64,000 bases of DNA from the human T2T-CHM13v2.0 reference genome, Homo sapiens. Positions 37,372 through 55,489 of this stretch are shown piece after piece. The translations under genes and the position numbers were made by a program. The first letter of the stretch is position 1; each line of letters begins with the position of its first letter. The stretch lies in assembly GCF_009914755.1 (NCBI RefSeq), contig NC_060944.1; one strand, written 5' to 3'. Under the pieces are notes generated by a model that was not told the origin of the DNA, ran no database searches, and saw nothing but the letters and a program-made list of their open reading frames with translations.

Positions 37372-37686
37372 CAGCACAGTCCAATAGAAATAAATTGAAC
37401 CATATGAGAAATTGTAAATTTTCTAGTAGCTACATTAAAAACTGAAAAAAAAAGTGAAATTAATTTCAATAACGTATTTTATTTAACCCACTATATCAAA
37501 AATATTATCACTGAAATGTGTAAATCAATATATATATTATTAGTGAGTTATTTTGCATTCTTTTTTATGTAACGTTGAAATTTGGTGCATTTTACATTCA
37601 GCACATCTCAACTGGGATTAGTCCATTTCAAGTGTGCAGCTGTCCCGCACTTGAAGTGTGGCATCCATATTGGATGGCAAGCACTG
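37372..37686. mobile_element. MER33 (hAT-Charlie)
   Basis: cagcacagtccaatagaaata...ttttctagtagctacattaaaa...ttatttaaccca...cagcacatctcaa. Confidence 0.85.
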
Positions 37687-38929
37687 GGATTTTATGGAAG
37701 CCGGAAGGGGGCATGCAGCCAAGTCCATGTGTCAGGGGACATCAAGGGCAAGGTGCCACCTGAGCTGGACCTAGGAACACAAATGCCACACCACCAGGTG
37801 CAAACACCAGGGGGCACCCATCTCTATCCAGTAGTGCCAGGGGCAGCCCTAGGGGTTAGCCAGGCAGAGGAGGGAGGTGAGCTAGTGCAGGAAGACAGAC
37901 TCCTTCAGCACTATCACCTGTTGAGAGAACTGCAAGCATTTGCCATGAGGATGACGTGGTGAGGTTAGACAGAGGAGGGGAGAGCAAGGTTATGGCAGGC
38001 CTCCCGTGCCACCTAAGGGGGCTGAGTTTCATTCTGCTGCTGATGCTGCGTTGTGACATCATCATAGGGTGCTCTTCAGCAGAGGACTTAGAGCAGGGAG
38101 ACAGGAAAGAAATTCTCAGGAGCTGGAGAGAAATGTTTAGGGACTGGCCTGGGACAGGGGATGGAAGTGGATAGAGAGAGAGTGAGTCTACTAGCTCCCC
38201 ACTTGCAAGGTTTGTGATTTTTCTGCAGAAATCCTCAGCTACTCTAGGTCAGAGGTAGATTGTCAGAAATTTGGAGCACAACAACCTGTTTCACAAACAG
38301 AGAGATATTGATTTAAGAGCAAGAGGCAGCTAGGATCACCTTCATTCTCCCTGTGGCCTGTGCTATCTCCAAACCACCCTATCCTTAATCTCCCCAGGCA
38401 GGCCCAGCACAAACCATCTGCCTCCCTCTGTCCCCTGATCTCCTCATAGTTCTCATAGTTCTAAGCAGTGTGAGTGTTTCCTTCCATTTTTATTTCTCCT
38501 GATAGCTCTGTCATATTGGAAATACCTGTCTGCAGGATCAACCGAGCTGAGAGATCACCCAGAGGCCTCTTTTCCAGAATGCCTGGTGAAAGAGAAGGCA
38601 ATTCACAGAGCACAAGCTACAGCTCTGACACTGGCCCTTCCTGCTGAAATCGCCATCATTTAACGACAGTTGTGGTTCTGCCGACACAATGTACTGCCCT
38701 GGCTGTGCAGGGGTCTGGACATCTGCAAGTCTCACCAACTCCCAGGGGTGCCTTTACTGCCAGTCTGTGAGCCACACTTTAAGTAGTGATTGGCCTGAGT
38801 GGGGCTGGGAGTGGGGGTGTTTCAGTCTTAGCTGCTCACTACAGAAGCTCTTGGAGAGACTATAATTTCTCATACCTGGGCTGCACTCTAGACCTGTGAA
38901 AGCACAACCTCTGGGTGTGGGAGCTGAGG

Positions 38930-39256
38930 ACCAGTCCAACCACCATGGACAGAAAGGCCCTGGAGGAGGGGATGCTGTGTGGAAAGAGAGGCCACAGGGA
39001 GGTGACCTGGGGCCCAGACATAAGCCACCACCCCAGCTGAGGGCTCGCACACATGAGTGAGACCATCTTGGCCCTGCAGTCCCTGGCCAGCTGCCCCAGC
39101 CAACACTCTGGAGCAGAGGTGAGCTGTCCCTGCCCCGCACTGCCTGAATCCCTGACCGACAGCAGCCATGAATTGTAATGTTTAGGCCAAATGATTGTTG
39201 TTCGTAAATCAGGAAGCTTGGGGAGATTTCTTATGCAGCAATAGCTAGCTGATACA
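38930..39256 (+). mobile_element. MLT1 (F-like) LTR 3' part
   Basis: acatgagtgagaccatcttgg...ggagcagaggtgagctgtccctgc...ttatgcagcaatagctagctgataca. Confidence 0.75.
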
Positions 39257-40355
39257 ACTCACAGGACTTTAACTGCCTTGAGAGTAGGACCTGTGTTGGT
39301 GCCCCTTTGCAACCCCTACACTTCAGTGGAAATTTGGAGAAGGCTGGAGAAATGCTAAATGCCAGGGAAAGGCCAAAGGAAAAAGTGCAGTGCTGTCCAG
39401 GCCAATGGAAGGCAGGAAGTGGAGAGTCATTGTTCGGAAATATGTTCAGCAAAGACCAAAGGAAAATGGACAGGGCTCCTCTCCTTACCCAGATGAGCAT
39501 CTGGCCTTGTGTTGGCCTCGCTGACCCTGCCTGCTGTTTCTCCTGTCCACTTTCTGCTCTCCCCATGGCTCCAGCTTCCAGGCACAGCCCAAATACTTGG
39601 AGCAGTGGACAGTGGGTGGCAAATGGCTTCAGGCCACTCTCAGCAAGGCACTGGGGGCACAGCCTGACTTCCCATGGCCTTCTTTATGGTGATTCGGGTT
39701 CCTGTGGTTCTGTGACTCACCTGTCATTGCCAAAGATGCCAGGATGGGGCCTGGAACTTCAAGGCAGCCTGGGAAGGGAGCTGGCAGGACAGATCAGGAA
39801 AGAGGAGTATCCTGGGGTCCTAGCCAGATTTTGCAGTCACAGGGGCCTTTGGGGGCAGCAGCTCCCGGCCAGTCAGGCCTGACCCTTTTTTGGGACATGG
39901 GTACAGTTTGGGGGTGCGGGGCTTGGAGCTGGAGAGAGGTGTGGCCGTGTCTGCTTTAGTTCCTCTCGCAGGATCCTGTCAGAGCTCCTCTCTCAAGCCC
40001 CAGCACCTGCTGTGGCCTCCAGAACCATCTCTCCTTAGCCACAGAGGAAGGGTGCCCTGGGGCTGGGCTTCAGGTAGGGAGGGGTGAGCCTGCCTTCATG
40101 CGTGTGGTCGCCATCCTGTGGTTTCCTTCATACTTTTCCAGGGGGCTCACGCCCCATTTCAGGGCACAGACCCAGAGAGAATGACAGCCATTCCCTGTGC
40201 TTGGCTCATGCTGGGCCGTGGGCTGCTTTCGGGGTGCATGTGTGAAGATGTCTAGGGGACGCAGAGCTACATGGTGGGGCCCCTCAAAGTGGCCCATGGC
40301 CTGGCGCTGGTTCATGAGCTCCTTGTTACCAGTTGGTGACAGGATGAGCATTTAG

Positions 40356-40720
<365 letters not shown>

Positions 40721-40990
40721 GATCCTGTATTTTACAGAAGAATTAGTCCACAATGGGTTGGAACAAAAATAAAATGGGTCCATCACTACAGAGAGGGAAC
40801 ACTGAGCTAGAAACCACCTGCTTTGTATGGACGCAGCAAAATAACCACTCCCAGGAAGCCCCCACCAGCTGCAGCTGCATGCCCCTAATTTTATACTAAA
40901 CAGGGCAGCAAGGAAGGAATTAAAGTTCCCTAATATTCCAGCCAGGTCCAGTGCACGGCCAGCTCTTCCTTCTCAGAGCTTCTGCTACTC

Positions 40991-41180
40991 CAGTGGTTTT
41001 CACCGTGTCATCCTTGGACCAGCAATATCAGCCAGATGTGGGAGTGTGTTCGAAATGCACATTCTCAGGTCCCTCCCAGACCCATGGACGCAGGCACTCT
41101 GGGGATGGCACCAGCCACCTGTGCCTTAACAAGCCCCCAGGGAATTCTGATGCTTATTTACTTATGCTTGAGAACTCTGT
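40991..41180. mobile_element. MER5A
   Basis: cagtggttttca...ggaccagcaatatcagc...aaatgcacattctcaggtccc...ttaacaagccccc...ttgagaactctg. Confidence 0.85.
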
Positions 41181-41816
41181 GCTCTTGTCTCTAAAACATC
41201 GTTATAGATGATTTTATTCTCTGCTTCTGTTAAACTGGTCACTCTTTTCTCTACAACTACTTTCTGAGCTCATTGAATAAAGGGACTCAGAATTCTACAT
41301 CTGCATCTTCCACAAATCCTCGCCCAGGCTGAGACAGGGGCTGAATAAACCAACTACTGATATATCCCACCTCTTGAAGTTTCATCACAATTACTGTACC
41401 CATTATAGAGCTGGGCAAACCAGTGAGCAGAAGGAACACCATAAAACTGATTTTGGGGCCAGACAATGGAAGAATTGGGTTGAAAATTTTCTTCCCATTC
41501 TTTTCTCCTTGGCATCAAGCAGAGAATTCATTCTCTCCCGAGTTTCCTCTTCACTAATCCCACTACCCCCCATCCCTTCCCAAACTTGGAGCTTGCTGCT
41601 CTTGGCCTTTTGTAGGGCCTGCCTGGTCTTTTGAGTTTAAAAATAAAAATTTAAAGAATTACCAAAAGGACGTTCTGAGCTCTGTCTGGCAATTTGGGCA
41701 GAGAAGCCTGACATCTGTGGCCATCACTGCCCACTGCAGACAAAACGGAGTCAGCCCTGAGACACTCCTCTCATGAAAAGACACCCCAGGCACCTGTTCC
41801 AGAAAGACCCACTCGA

Positions 41817-42438
<622 letters not shown>

Positions 42439-42854
42439 AAAAGTGAGTGCTTGCACTGCCAACTAGGCATGCATGTGTGCCACCACCGAAATACGGATGG
42501 CACAAGGGAAATTTGTTCTGGCCTCAGTTCCCTGGATGTTGCTGCTCCAGCAGCCCCTGTTGGTGCCACAGGCATGCTCTGATGGCAGCTGCTTGAACTG
42601 ATGAATGTTTTGCTGAGAAATCAGATAGACATGAGTAAACCAATCCAAGGACTGTAGCTCTCTCACAGTTTTGCAAGCTCAGCAAAGATAAGCGAAATTG
42701 CTTTGTGTGCAGAATGTCATTCCCTCTCTGGAAGGAAGATCTCGGTATCTTTCCATCAGGAGAATCTGGTCTCCAAGTTAACAGCACACGCTACGCAGAG
42801 GTGAAGGCTGTGGGAGGGAGGTCAGTGGAGAGAATATTGAAGATGGGCACGCCC

Positions 42855-44027
42855 TGGTTCTAATTGGAGTCACCTGGGGAGCTTCAAAGCCCTCCCACTT
42901 GGGCCCCACCCCCACAGCTTCTGATGTAGTCAGACGCAGAAGAGATTTTAAAGCAACCTGGGTAATTCTAATGTGTTGGCCATGTTCAAGATCGCTGGGC
43001 CAGGTTCTGGTTAGGACAGGTTATAACTCCATCCAGGTTTGATGGTCTCAGGTTTGAGGGTTCAGCCAGATGATTAGAGGGGGAGAGGACCTCTTGGAAT
43101 CCTAGTCTTGGCAAATTGGGAGTTTCCTTGGGAGTTCTGAAGATACAGATTTAGATACACACACCCAGCTCTCCAGGCGATTTGTGTATAAATAAGAGCA
43201 CCTCAGCTTTCCAGCGTTATCTGGATTTGGGGAACTGACTAGATAGCCCTGGGGACACCCTTGGGCTTTTCCTCCACCCCCTACTCAGGTGCTGGCAGAT
43301 CTCACCTACCTCGCCCATCATTGCTTCTCAGACTTTAAAGTGCACCATAATTGCCCAGGGATGTTGTTCAAGTGCAGATTCGGACTTGCTAGCTCTGGAG
43401 TGGAGCCTGAAATTCTGCACTGCTCACAAGCTCCTAGTGATGCTGTTGGTCCCCAGGCCCATTTTAAGCAGTGAGGAGCCCAAATGTGGTCCATGTGAGC
43501 AGCCCACCAGCATCAGGCTCTTCCCAAAAGCCTTTTGCAGCTGAGTGGCCCCCTTCTAGCTGGGATTCCAGTGGCTCCTGGAGGCATTAGAGGCACCCGT
43601 TATCCCACTTCCCAGTTGTCCCTGATGGTACGCTGCCTGGAGCTGTTCCTGGTTTTCTCCCTGTGGTATCCTGACTCCCTGGAGCAATGGCTTGCAAACT
43701 TGGGTTCACCTTAGAATCACCTGAGGAGCCTTACAAAATGCTAATGCCTGGGCCCCAACCCCATTGAGTCAGATTTGTCTGTGGTGTCATCTGGGTATTG
43801 TGATTGTTAGAGATTCCCAGGTGATTCTAGTACAGCTGGCCTCAAGCCAGGAGTCTCAAAGTGTGCCTCAGACCAGCAGCAGCATGGCATCTGGGAACTT
43901 GTTGGAAGTGCAGCTTCTCAGGCCCCCAGGCTTCCTAAATCAGGAACTCGGGGCTGGAGCTCAGCAGCCTGTGAGCCCACAAGTCCTCTATGTGATTCTG
44001 ACCCCGCCTTGAGTTTGAGAACCGCTT
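42855..44027. mobile_element. Cluster of four MER5A/MER5B-type MITEs (about 42855-42998, 43320-43453, 43685-43840, 43848-44027)
   Basis: Repeated hallmarks gaatcacctg.ggag, gggcccca, caggtgattct, gtttgagaacc. Confidence 0.75.
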
Positions 44028-45469
44028 TCTTAGGATGCTAATGCAGCATAATGCTTGTCTGTAACCTTCTGACCACCGCTGAGGTGTGTGGGAGGTGGGG
44101 AACAGCTGTGGTTTCCTCGGAACCCTGAGTAAAACCAGGTGCTCCTGGGGAGGCCCCTAGGACCCTGCAAAGCTCTGAACCGTGAAGTGACTCAGGGTCC
44201 TTCTCAAGCCCCACATGTGGGGACCGGCTGCTCTGGCAGCTTCCACGGGCCACCTTCCAGCCCCAGACACATCACATCAGCTATTTAAAGCTCAGCTGAA
44301 TAATATTTTCCATTATGTGGCACAGACTTTACTTCGGAGTCCTTCAGGGCTGCCAAGGGTCAGGTTTCTCAGCTTATCGAGGACTGTCTGGGACCCGAGT
44401 CCATGGGAGAGATCTCTTGTCTGTTTCTTCCCCTCCTAGTTGAGGCCTAATGGGGTGCAGGGGTTGGGGAAGAGAGAGGGGAAATGGCCTTGAGTGTCCC
44501 CTGCCCTGACAGGAAAGTCTCCTTGGGAACATGTAACTTTCATCGCCCTTTATTCCATGTGACAGGGTGGCTTCCAGAGAGGGCAAACCAATGGCCCAAA
44601 CTCACACAGCTCATGCGGGAGAGCTCCAGGTCTCAAATAAAAATCTCTGGGTACATCGGGCTCATTGTCCCCCACACTGTGTTTGAGGGGAGGCCTCTTG
44701 ACCCCCTCCACAGTCCTCCCTTCCAGGCTACCAGTCTGCCACCTGCAGGGATTTATTCCAGATTCAAGGTGAGGAGACACACACTACCAGGTGACAGGAG
44801 GCCCCCTGCTGCTCCCTAAGATGCCAGGAGCTGTGTTTGCAAAACGCGTTTTGAGACGTGGGGATATGGCACCCAGCAGCATCACCTGGGCTGCCCAGGC
44901 CCTGGCAGTGGGCAGCAGACAGGTCCTTTCCCCAGGTCCAGATCTCTGCCATGGGCTTCCCCAGGCCCAGTCTGTTCAGACACTTGGGCAGATGGCTTGC
45001 TTTCCAGCCACCCCCACAGAGGGGCCATCTGCTTGCATGCTCACTGTCTCCGGGCTATACCTAGGACACTGGCTCTGAGGTGTGCTCACAGTTACAGCAC
45101 CTGTGGGGCATGGAGTTGTCAGAGGGGAGTTGAGCTTCCATGTAGTCAGTAGTCAACAGAGGCCTTGGTCAGTGACCCGGGGCCCTGGGCTGCTGTGGAT
45201 GGAAGCAGGGCAGGTGCTTTCACACTCCTGTGTCCACTAGGTGGAGGCTTCCCCTGCGGAGGGTATAGACCGGGTTGGGGAGGGGCATGTAGGGGAATGC
45301 ATCCCCTGGCCCGATGGGTATCTGGAAGGGCATGTGGCACCCACCACGGTCACATGCCAACTAGCCAAGGCCAGTCCAGGCCAGCTGAGAGTGGGGTTGG
45401 GCTGAGCAGCCATGTCGCAGTAAAGCAGCAGAGCCAGCGTGGCTGATAAGATCAAGGCAGGAAGTACCT

Positions 45470-45665
45470 GGAAGTACCTGGGCTTGAATCCCTCTCAGTG
45501 CTTACTAGCTATGGGAGCTTGGGGAGCTACGTGATCGCTCTGTGACTCAGTTTCCTCAACTGTAAAATGGAAATACGACTAGCACATATTTTGTTGTGAG
45601 GACTAAGTGAATCGTCATATACAGAGAATTTAACTCAGTGGTTGGCAAAGTGCTTAATAAGCAGC
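45470..45665 (+). mobile_element. MIR
   Basis: cctgggcttgaatcc...cttactagct...ctcagtttcctcaactgtaaaatgg...ttgttgtgaggactaagtga. Confidence 0.85.
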
Positions 45666-45944
45666 GTTTTTGTCCTGGACAAGGGCTCAGTGTGCTGAGG
45701 AACTTCCTCAAATATAGAGAGGATGGAGTCTGTGGTATTGGACCTTGGGGTGGGCTGCTTGGATTGAAAGATCAATAGGGTAGGCCCCTTCCTGGCACAT
45801 ATTCACCCAGAAATGCAGAAGGAATAAACCGATTAACACTCAGGTTTTGAGCTTCTAAATAAACTTTGAAGCCCAAGAAGAGTTTGAGAATCCTAGGGCA
45901 AGAGAGCCCCAACAGGCAGCCCGGGTCGGGGCTCCCCCACTCAC

Positions 45945-46025
45945 CTGCAAGACCCTGAAGCAGGCAAGGAGGCTCTCGGAAGGTTCCCATGTGACCCTCC
46001 CAGGCTCCTGGAGCTTTCCTGGGCC
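45945..46025 (-). other. Candidate 81-nt exon
   Basis: tctgcgttcatctcag| acceptor and CAG|GTGAGT donor; no stop codon in any frame. Confidence 0.25.
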
Positions 46026-46029
46026 CTGA

Positions 46030-46535
<506 letters not shown>

Positions 46536-46734
46536 AGCCACCGCTTTTATCAGGAACAAGAAAGGCAAGGGGAAAATCCAGATGAAATCCAAGATGACTC
46601 AGGTTATCCTGACATGGAGATAGATTAAGCCTTCTCGCCCCCAATGAATGGGGGGTACAAAATAGAGATTAAGTTGTATTGTTGAAGAAAACAAATTACA
46701 GTGGTGCCCCCTGAACTTTGGACCTGAATGTGTT

Positions 46735-47505
46735 ATTAGAGAAATGCCAATCAAAACCACAATGAGATACCATCTCATGCCAGTTAGAATGGCAATCATT
46801 AAAAAGTCTGGAAACAACAGATGCTGGTGAGGATGTGGAGAAATAGGAACACTTTTACACTGTTGGTGGGAGTGTAAATTAGTTCAACAATTGTGGAAGA
46901 CAGTGTGGCGATTCCTCAAGGATCTAGAACCAGAAACACCATTTGACCCAGCAATCCCATTACTGGGTATATACCCAAAGGATTATAAATCATTCTACTA
47001 TAAAGACATATGCACACATATGTTTATTGCAGCACTATTCACAATAGCAAAGACTTGGAACCAACCCAAATGACCATCAATGATAGACTGGATAAAAGAA
47101 ATGTGGCACATATACACCATGAAATACTATGCAGCCGTAAAAAAGCTTGAGTTCATGTCCTTTGTAGGGACGTGGATGAAGCTGGAAACCATCATTCTCA
47201 GCAAACTAACACAGGAACAGAAAACCAGACACTGCATGTTCTCACTCATAAGTGGGAGTTGAACAATGAGAACATGTGGACACAGGAAGTCCCAGGAACA
47301 TCACATACTGGGGCCTGTCAAGGGGTGGGGGGAAAGGGGAGGGAGAGCATTAGGACAAATACCTAGTGCATGTGGGGCTTAAAACCTAGATGATGGGTTG
47401 ATGGGTGCAGCAAACCACCATGGCACACGTATACCTATGTAACAAACCTGCATGTTCTGCATATGTATCCCAGAACTTAAAGTAAAAGAAAAAAGAAAGA
47501 AAAAA
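46735..47505 (+). mobile_element. L1PA7/8-like 5'-truncated element
   Basis: ORF2 C-terminal peptides ([29 protein letters not shown]); 3' UTR ggggcttaaaacctagatgatgggttga; A-tail. Confidence 0.93.
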
Positions 47506-49860
47506 TCTGTTCTTCCAAACTCTGCCTTTTAATTGGAGAGTTTAATCCATTTACATTTAAAGTAATTAGTAAGGAAGGACTTATGCCATTTTGCTATTTT
47601 GCCTCTCCATATGTTATTCTTTGTTTGTTCCTCTATTCCTCCATTATTGCCTTCTTTTTGGTTTAACTGAGTTTTCACAGTATACCATTTTGATTTACCT
47701 CTCACTTATTTTTCCGTATATTTTAAAAGCGACCTTCTTATTGATTATTATGGGGATTAAAACTGATACCTTAAATTTATAAGAAACTAATTTGAATCAA
47801 TGCCAACTTAGCTTCAATAGTATATAAATCCTCTGGTCATACAGTGTTTTTCTTCCCTTTATATGTTGTTATTGTCACAAATTACATATTTATACATTGC
47901 CCCTTAATGTAAATCTATAATTATTATTTTCCAAAAATACATAATACAACACTGCATCCCAAAACAGTAGGACACTTATATTTACCCATGTGGTTAACTT
48001 TACCAGTGCTCCTTATTTATTTCTTTGTATGGCTTTAATTTACCATCTAGTGTCTTTTCATTTTGACCTGAAGAACTGCCTTTAGCATTTCTTGTTAGGC
48101 AGGTATTCTAGAGATAAACTCTTTCAGATTTTGCTTGTCTGGGAATGTTTTATTAATTCAATTAAATTTTATTAATTAAATTAAAACACTTCTTCAGCTT
48201 TGAAAGATAGTTTTGATAGATATGGAATATTTGGTTGACAGTAGTTTTCTTTCAGTACTTTGAATATGTCATTTCACTGTCTTATGGTGCCCATGGTTTT
48301 TGATAAGAAATTGGCAGCTAATCTTATTGAGAATTCTTAGTATGTGATGAGTTGCTTCTCTCTTACTGCTTTCAAGGTGCTCTCTTTGTCTCTGATTTTT
48401 CAGTTTGATTTTAATGTGTCTCAGTGTGGATCTTTTCGTATTTAGCCTATTTGGGGCTTGTTGAGTTTTTTGATTGTGTAGATTCTTGTCTCCCATCAAA
48501 TTTGACAATGTTTTCAGCCAATATTTCTTCAAGTATTCTTTCTGCACTGCCCTCTTTCTGCTTTCTTCTGGGGGCTTTGTTGGGGGTATTGTCCCACAGG
48601 TCCCTGAAGGTCTTCCCATTTTCCCCCAATCTTTTTATAGATTTCATAATCTTTACTGTTTCATTTTCATAATTTTTATTGCTCTATCTTCAAGGTTATT
48701 GATTCTTTCCTCCATCATCTCCATTTTTCTATGTAGCCTATCCTTTTTTAAAATTTCATCTACTGTATTTTTTTAGTTATAAAATTTACATTTTATTCTT
48801 CTTTCTAGCTTTCATTTCTTTGCTGATATTTTCTATCTTTCCATTGATTTCAAGGACGTTCAAACTTGCTGGAGCATTTTTGTAATAGCTGTTAAAAGTC
48901 TTTGTCAGATAATTCTAACTTCTGTGTCATCTTGGTATTGATATGCTGACTGTCTTTTCCACTAAGAATTGTGATTTTCTTGGTTCTTCACAGGACGAGT
49001 AATTTGGGATTGTATACTGAACATTTTAAATATTTGCATCGTAAAACTCTGGATTTTGTTTTAATCATCTGTAGGATATTGATATTTTTGTTTTACCAGG
49101 CAATCAACCTTTTGAGGCCACAAATTCTGACCAGTCTTTTTAGGTTGTGGTTTCAATGTTACGTTTTCAAATCCTTGTGGTGTTATTAGTATCTGTTCCA
49201 TGTGTCTCACCCAGTTCCATCTGGTATCTGGATGGCGGTCTGTCCCATAGTTCAGTTCTTGATCTATGGCATGCTGCTCATAGGGAGATCCATGCATGCA
49301 CAACTTGCTGCTGAGCTGTAGATTCATGATGAACTTATGTGGCTGCTTTCCTGAGCCCCATCCTGTCCGTGACTTCCTTAGTACTTTCTGATTCCCTTAG
49401 AGACTCCCCTTTACATTCCTCCAGACAGAAACATGGCAGCATATTTATTCTGATCTGCCATACACCTTTCCAAGTGTACCAATGTCTATGGTCAAGCAGC
49501 AAGAGGAAAGAGAAAAAGAACAGGATTTTATCCTTCCCAGGGAGGATCACCGCTCCTCCAATTGGTGAGGGAAGTTTTCTTCATCAGAGTTTTAGGCTCC
49601 TGTGGGCCCTCGTTGTTTTTGCTGGTGCCACCATTGGCATTAGATTGTTTGGAAGCCAGAGTGTGAGAGAATAGGAAAACAAAAATAAGGGGGTGAAGAT
49701 TTCTACACCTTGCTCTCTATGAATGTCAGAAGACCCCTTCCACACTCTGCAAGTCAGACTAGAGGGCTGCTCCTGGAGCAGTCTCTATCCATGCCAATGG
49801 TCTCTATCCATGCCAATGGTCTCTATCCATCCAAGTTTTGGGCTACACTGAGTTCAGGCC
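47506..49860 (-). mobile_element. Old L1M 5'/ORF1 region, decayed
   Basis: Minus-strand peptides FRDLWDN...AERILEEILAEN and QQAPNRLNTKRSTLRHIKIKL match L1 ORF1p; right boundary uncertain. Confidence 0.75.
49781..49830. repeat. 19-bp tandem repeat, 2.6 perfect copies
   Basis: gtctctatccatgccaatg at 49781, 49800 and partial at 49819. Confidence 0.95.
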
Positions 49861-49868
49861 AGGGAATA

Positions 49869-50365
49869 CAGTAAGTCCTCACCTAATGTTGTCAATAGGT
49901 TTTTGGAAACTGTGACTTTAAATGAAACAACATTTGATGAAACCAATTTTACTATAGGCTACTTGATATTAACAAGAGTGAAGTTCCTAAGGAATACTTC
50001 TGGTCACAAAAGCATCATTAAACTTATAAATAAAGACCCAAAACACTTCTAATATTAAACATTGAAATAAATGTGAGCTATATATACACTTAAGAAAGAT
50101 TAATAAAAACAAGTAAGATCACTATTTACCCAATTTTTGGTGAATCAGTGAGTGATGGCAGTCATAGCAGTGGTGGGTTAAATCAAGGAATAAATGTTTG
50201 CAAAGTGAAAATAGTAAGAAGCCCCTCTCACCATCCCACAGTTCAAAAACAAGTAATAACAAACATGGCGGCCCCCTGAGCACTTTCGTGATGCATTTAT
50301 TGTCCTGCATGGGTATGATTGTTGTAGAGTTTATGAATTTTTTATTTTACAGTAATTTTCTTTTC

Positions 50366-50411
<46 letters not shown>

Positions 50412-50788
50412 CTCTTTTTCTTTCTTTCTCTCTTTGTATCTTTCTTTCATTTTCCTACCCACTTATTCCAGTGCAGGGTCATAGGTGACAAGAGCCTCCC
50501 TATCCAGGAACTCAGAACAAGTCAGGCACAACCCTGGACAGGACGCTCTCTCATTACAGGGATGCTCATACCATGCTAACTTATATTGAGACAATTTAGA
50601 CATGCAATTAACTGAATGTGGACAGCTTTGGGAAACCAGAGAACCCAGAAAAAAACCCACAACCCAAACAGATATGGAGAACATGCAAACTCCACACAGA
50701 CAGTGGTCCCAGTTGGGAATAGATGTTTTTCTCATTGAGTTTATATGAAATGACTTTGAACAAAGCAAGGTAATTCAAGGACCTGTTG
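49869..50788 (-). mobile_element. MER6 (TcMar-Tigger), full length
   Basis: TA|cagtaagtcctc ... aggacctgttg|TA inverted termini with TA TSD; internal ggagaacatgcaaactccacacagacagtgg. Confidence 0.9.
50356..50452. repeat. (TTTC)n microsatellite inside MER6
   Basis: Direct read. Confidence 0.95.
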
Positions 50789-51587
50789 TACTGGAGGGAA
50801 ATAAAGCGGCACCACTGCCAGTCCAATGGCACTTGAATTCTAGTCTCCTTGCCCATCTGCCTGTTACTCCTTGTTTTTCAGCTCTTCACATGGCTGCTCA
50901 ATGCATCCTTTACAGGGATTTGGAAGCAACAGGCTGGAGTGTACTTACTGCATCTTACCCCAATCCAGAACCTCTCCTGTATCCTTTTTAGGCCTTTTGG
51001 GGTCACTCTCATACCTCCCTCATCACTGAAAAGTACACTTGACCCCTTCCCTCTGTACTGCTCTTTTATCTATTCCTAAGGCATCCTCCAACAACTGTTA
51101 AATTCCAGTAAAAAATATGTTGTTAAGTTCAATGGAAAGAATGGTCAGCCAAAGAAACCCCTCTGCTCAGGATGGAACAAAAGATCCAGGCCCCTTTCCC
51201 CTGTGACCACTTGTCAGACAAGATTCTAAACCAAACATGTATTGAACAAGAATTATATAATTGGTATTATACTAAAGTTGGAGCCCTTGTTGATCACTGG
51301 GCGTTTTTTTTACATTAAAAAGGTATATTTATATAAAATACAGATAATAGGAACAGGATAAAGATGATGATAAAATACAATTAAATATTCTGCTCAATCA
51401 CAACGGTAAGAGAGAAATAGTCAACCAATATTGCTAAATTAATAACAGTGCACATTGGTACAGCCTTCTTGGAAAAGAACTTGGAAAATGAAAACCCAAG
51501 AAATATTAAAGCATTTATACATACTTGGGAATTTATGCTAAAGAAACAATTCTAAGAATGTAGGCATATAATTAAAGCATCATTACT

Positions 51588-54807
<3,220 letters not shown>

Positions 54808-55165
54808 TGCAAAAACAAGTCATTATTAAAGGATTATCTCTAATAAAACTAGAGAACATTTAATTAAATATTGTACATAAATACTATGTTATGCAATATG
54901 GTAATTTAAAATAATTATTTTAAGTATATATAGGAGCAAACAAAGTTGTTTATAGTATAATGATGGATCAATTGTCTTGCTGTGTAATTTTAACACTTAG
55001 CTAGAGCAGAATGCTTTTTGTTCCTGAAACAAAAAGGATGCTACCCAAATGAAAGGGACAGGAAAGAAAACTTTAACAGAATATTTATTAAAGCCCATCA
55101 CGATATAAAAATGAAAACACTTTATATTTGTACTCCACCTAGCATGTTAAAAAAAACCCAACTCT

Positions 55166-55475
<310 letters not shown>

Positions 55476-55489
55476 CTATCAGTAGCATA

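Noticed and set aside
39307-39882. Longest non-repeat ORF (191 aa)
   Set aside because: TTG start, no recognisable domain or exon boundaries; length plausible by chance in GC-rich DNA
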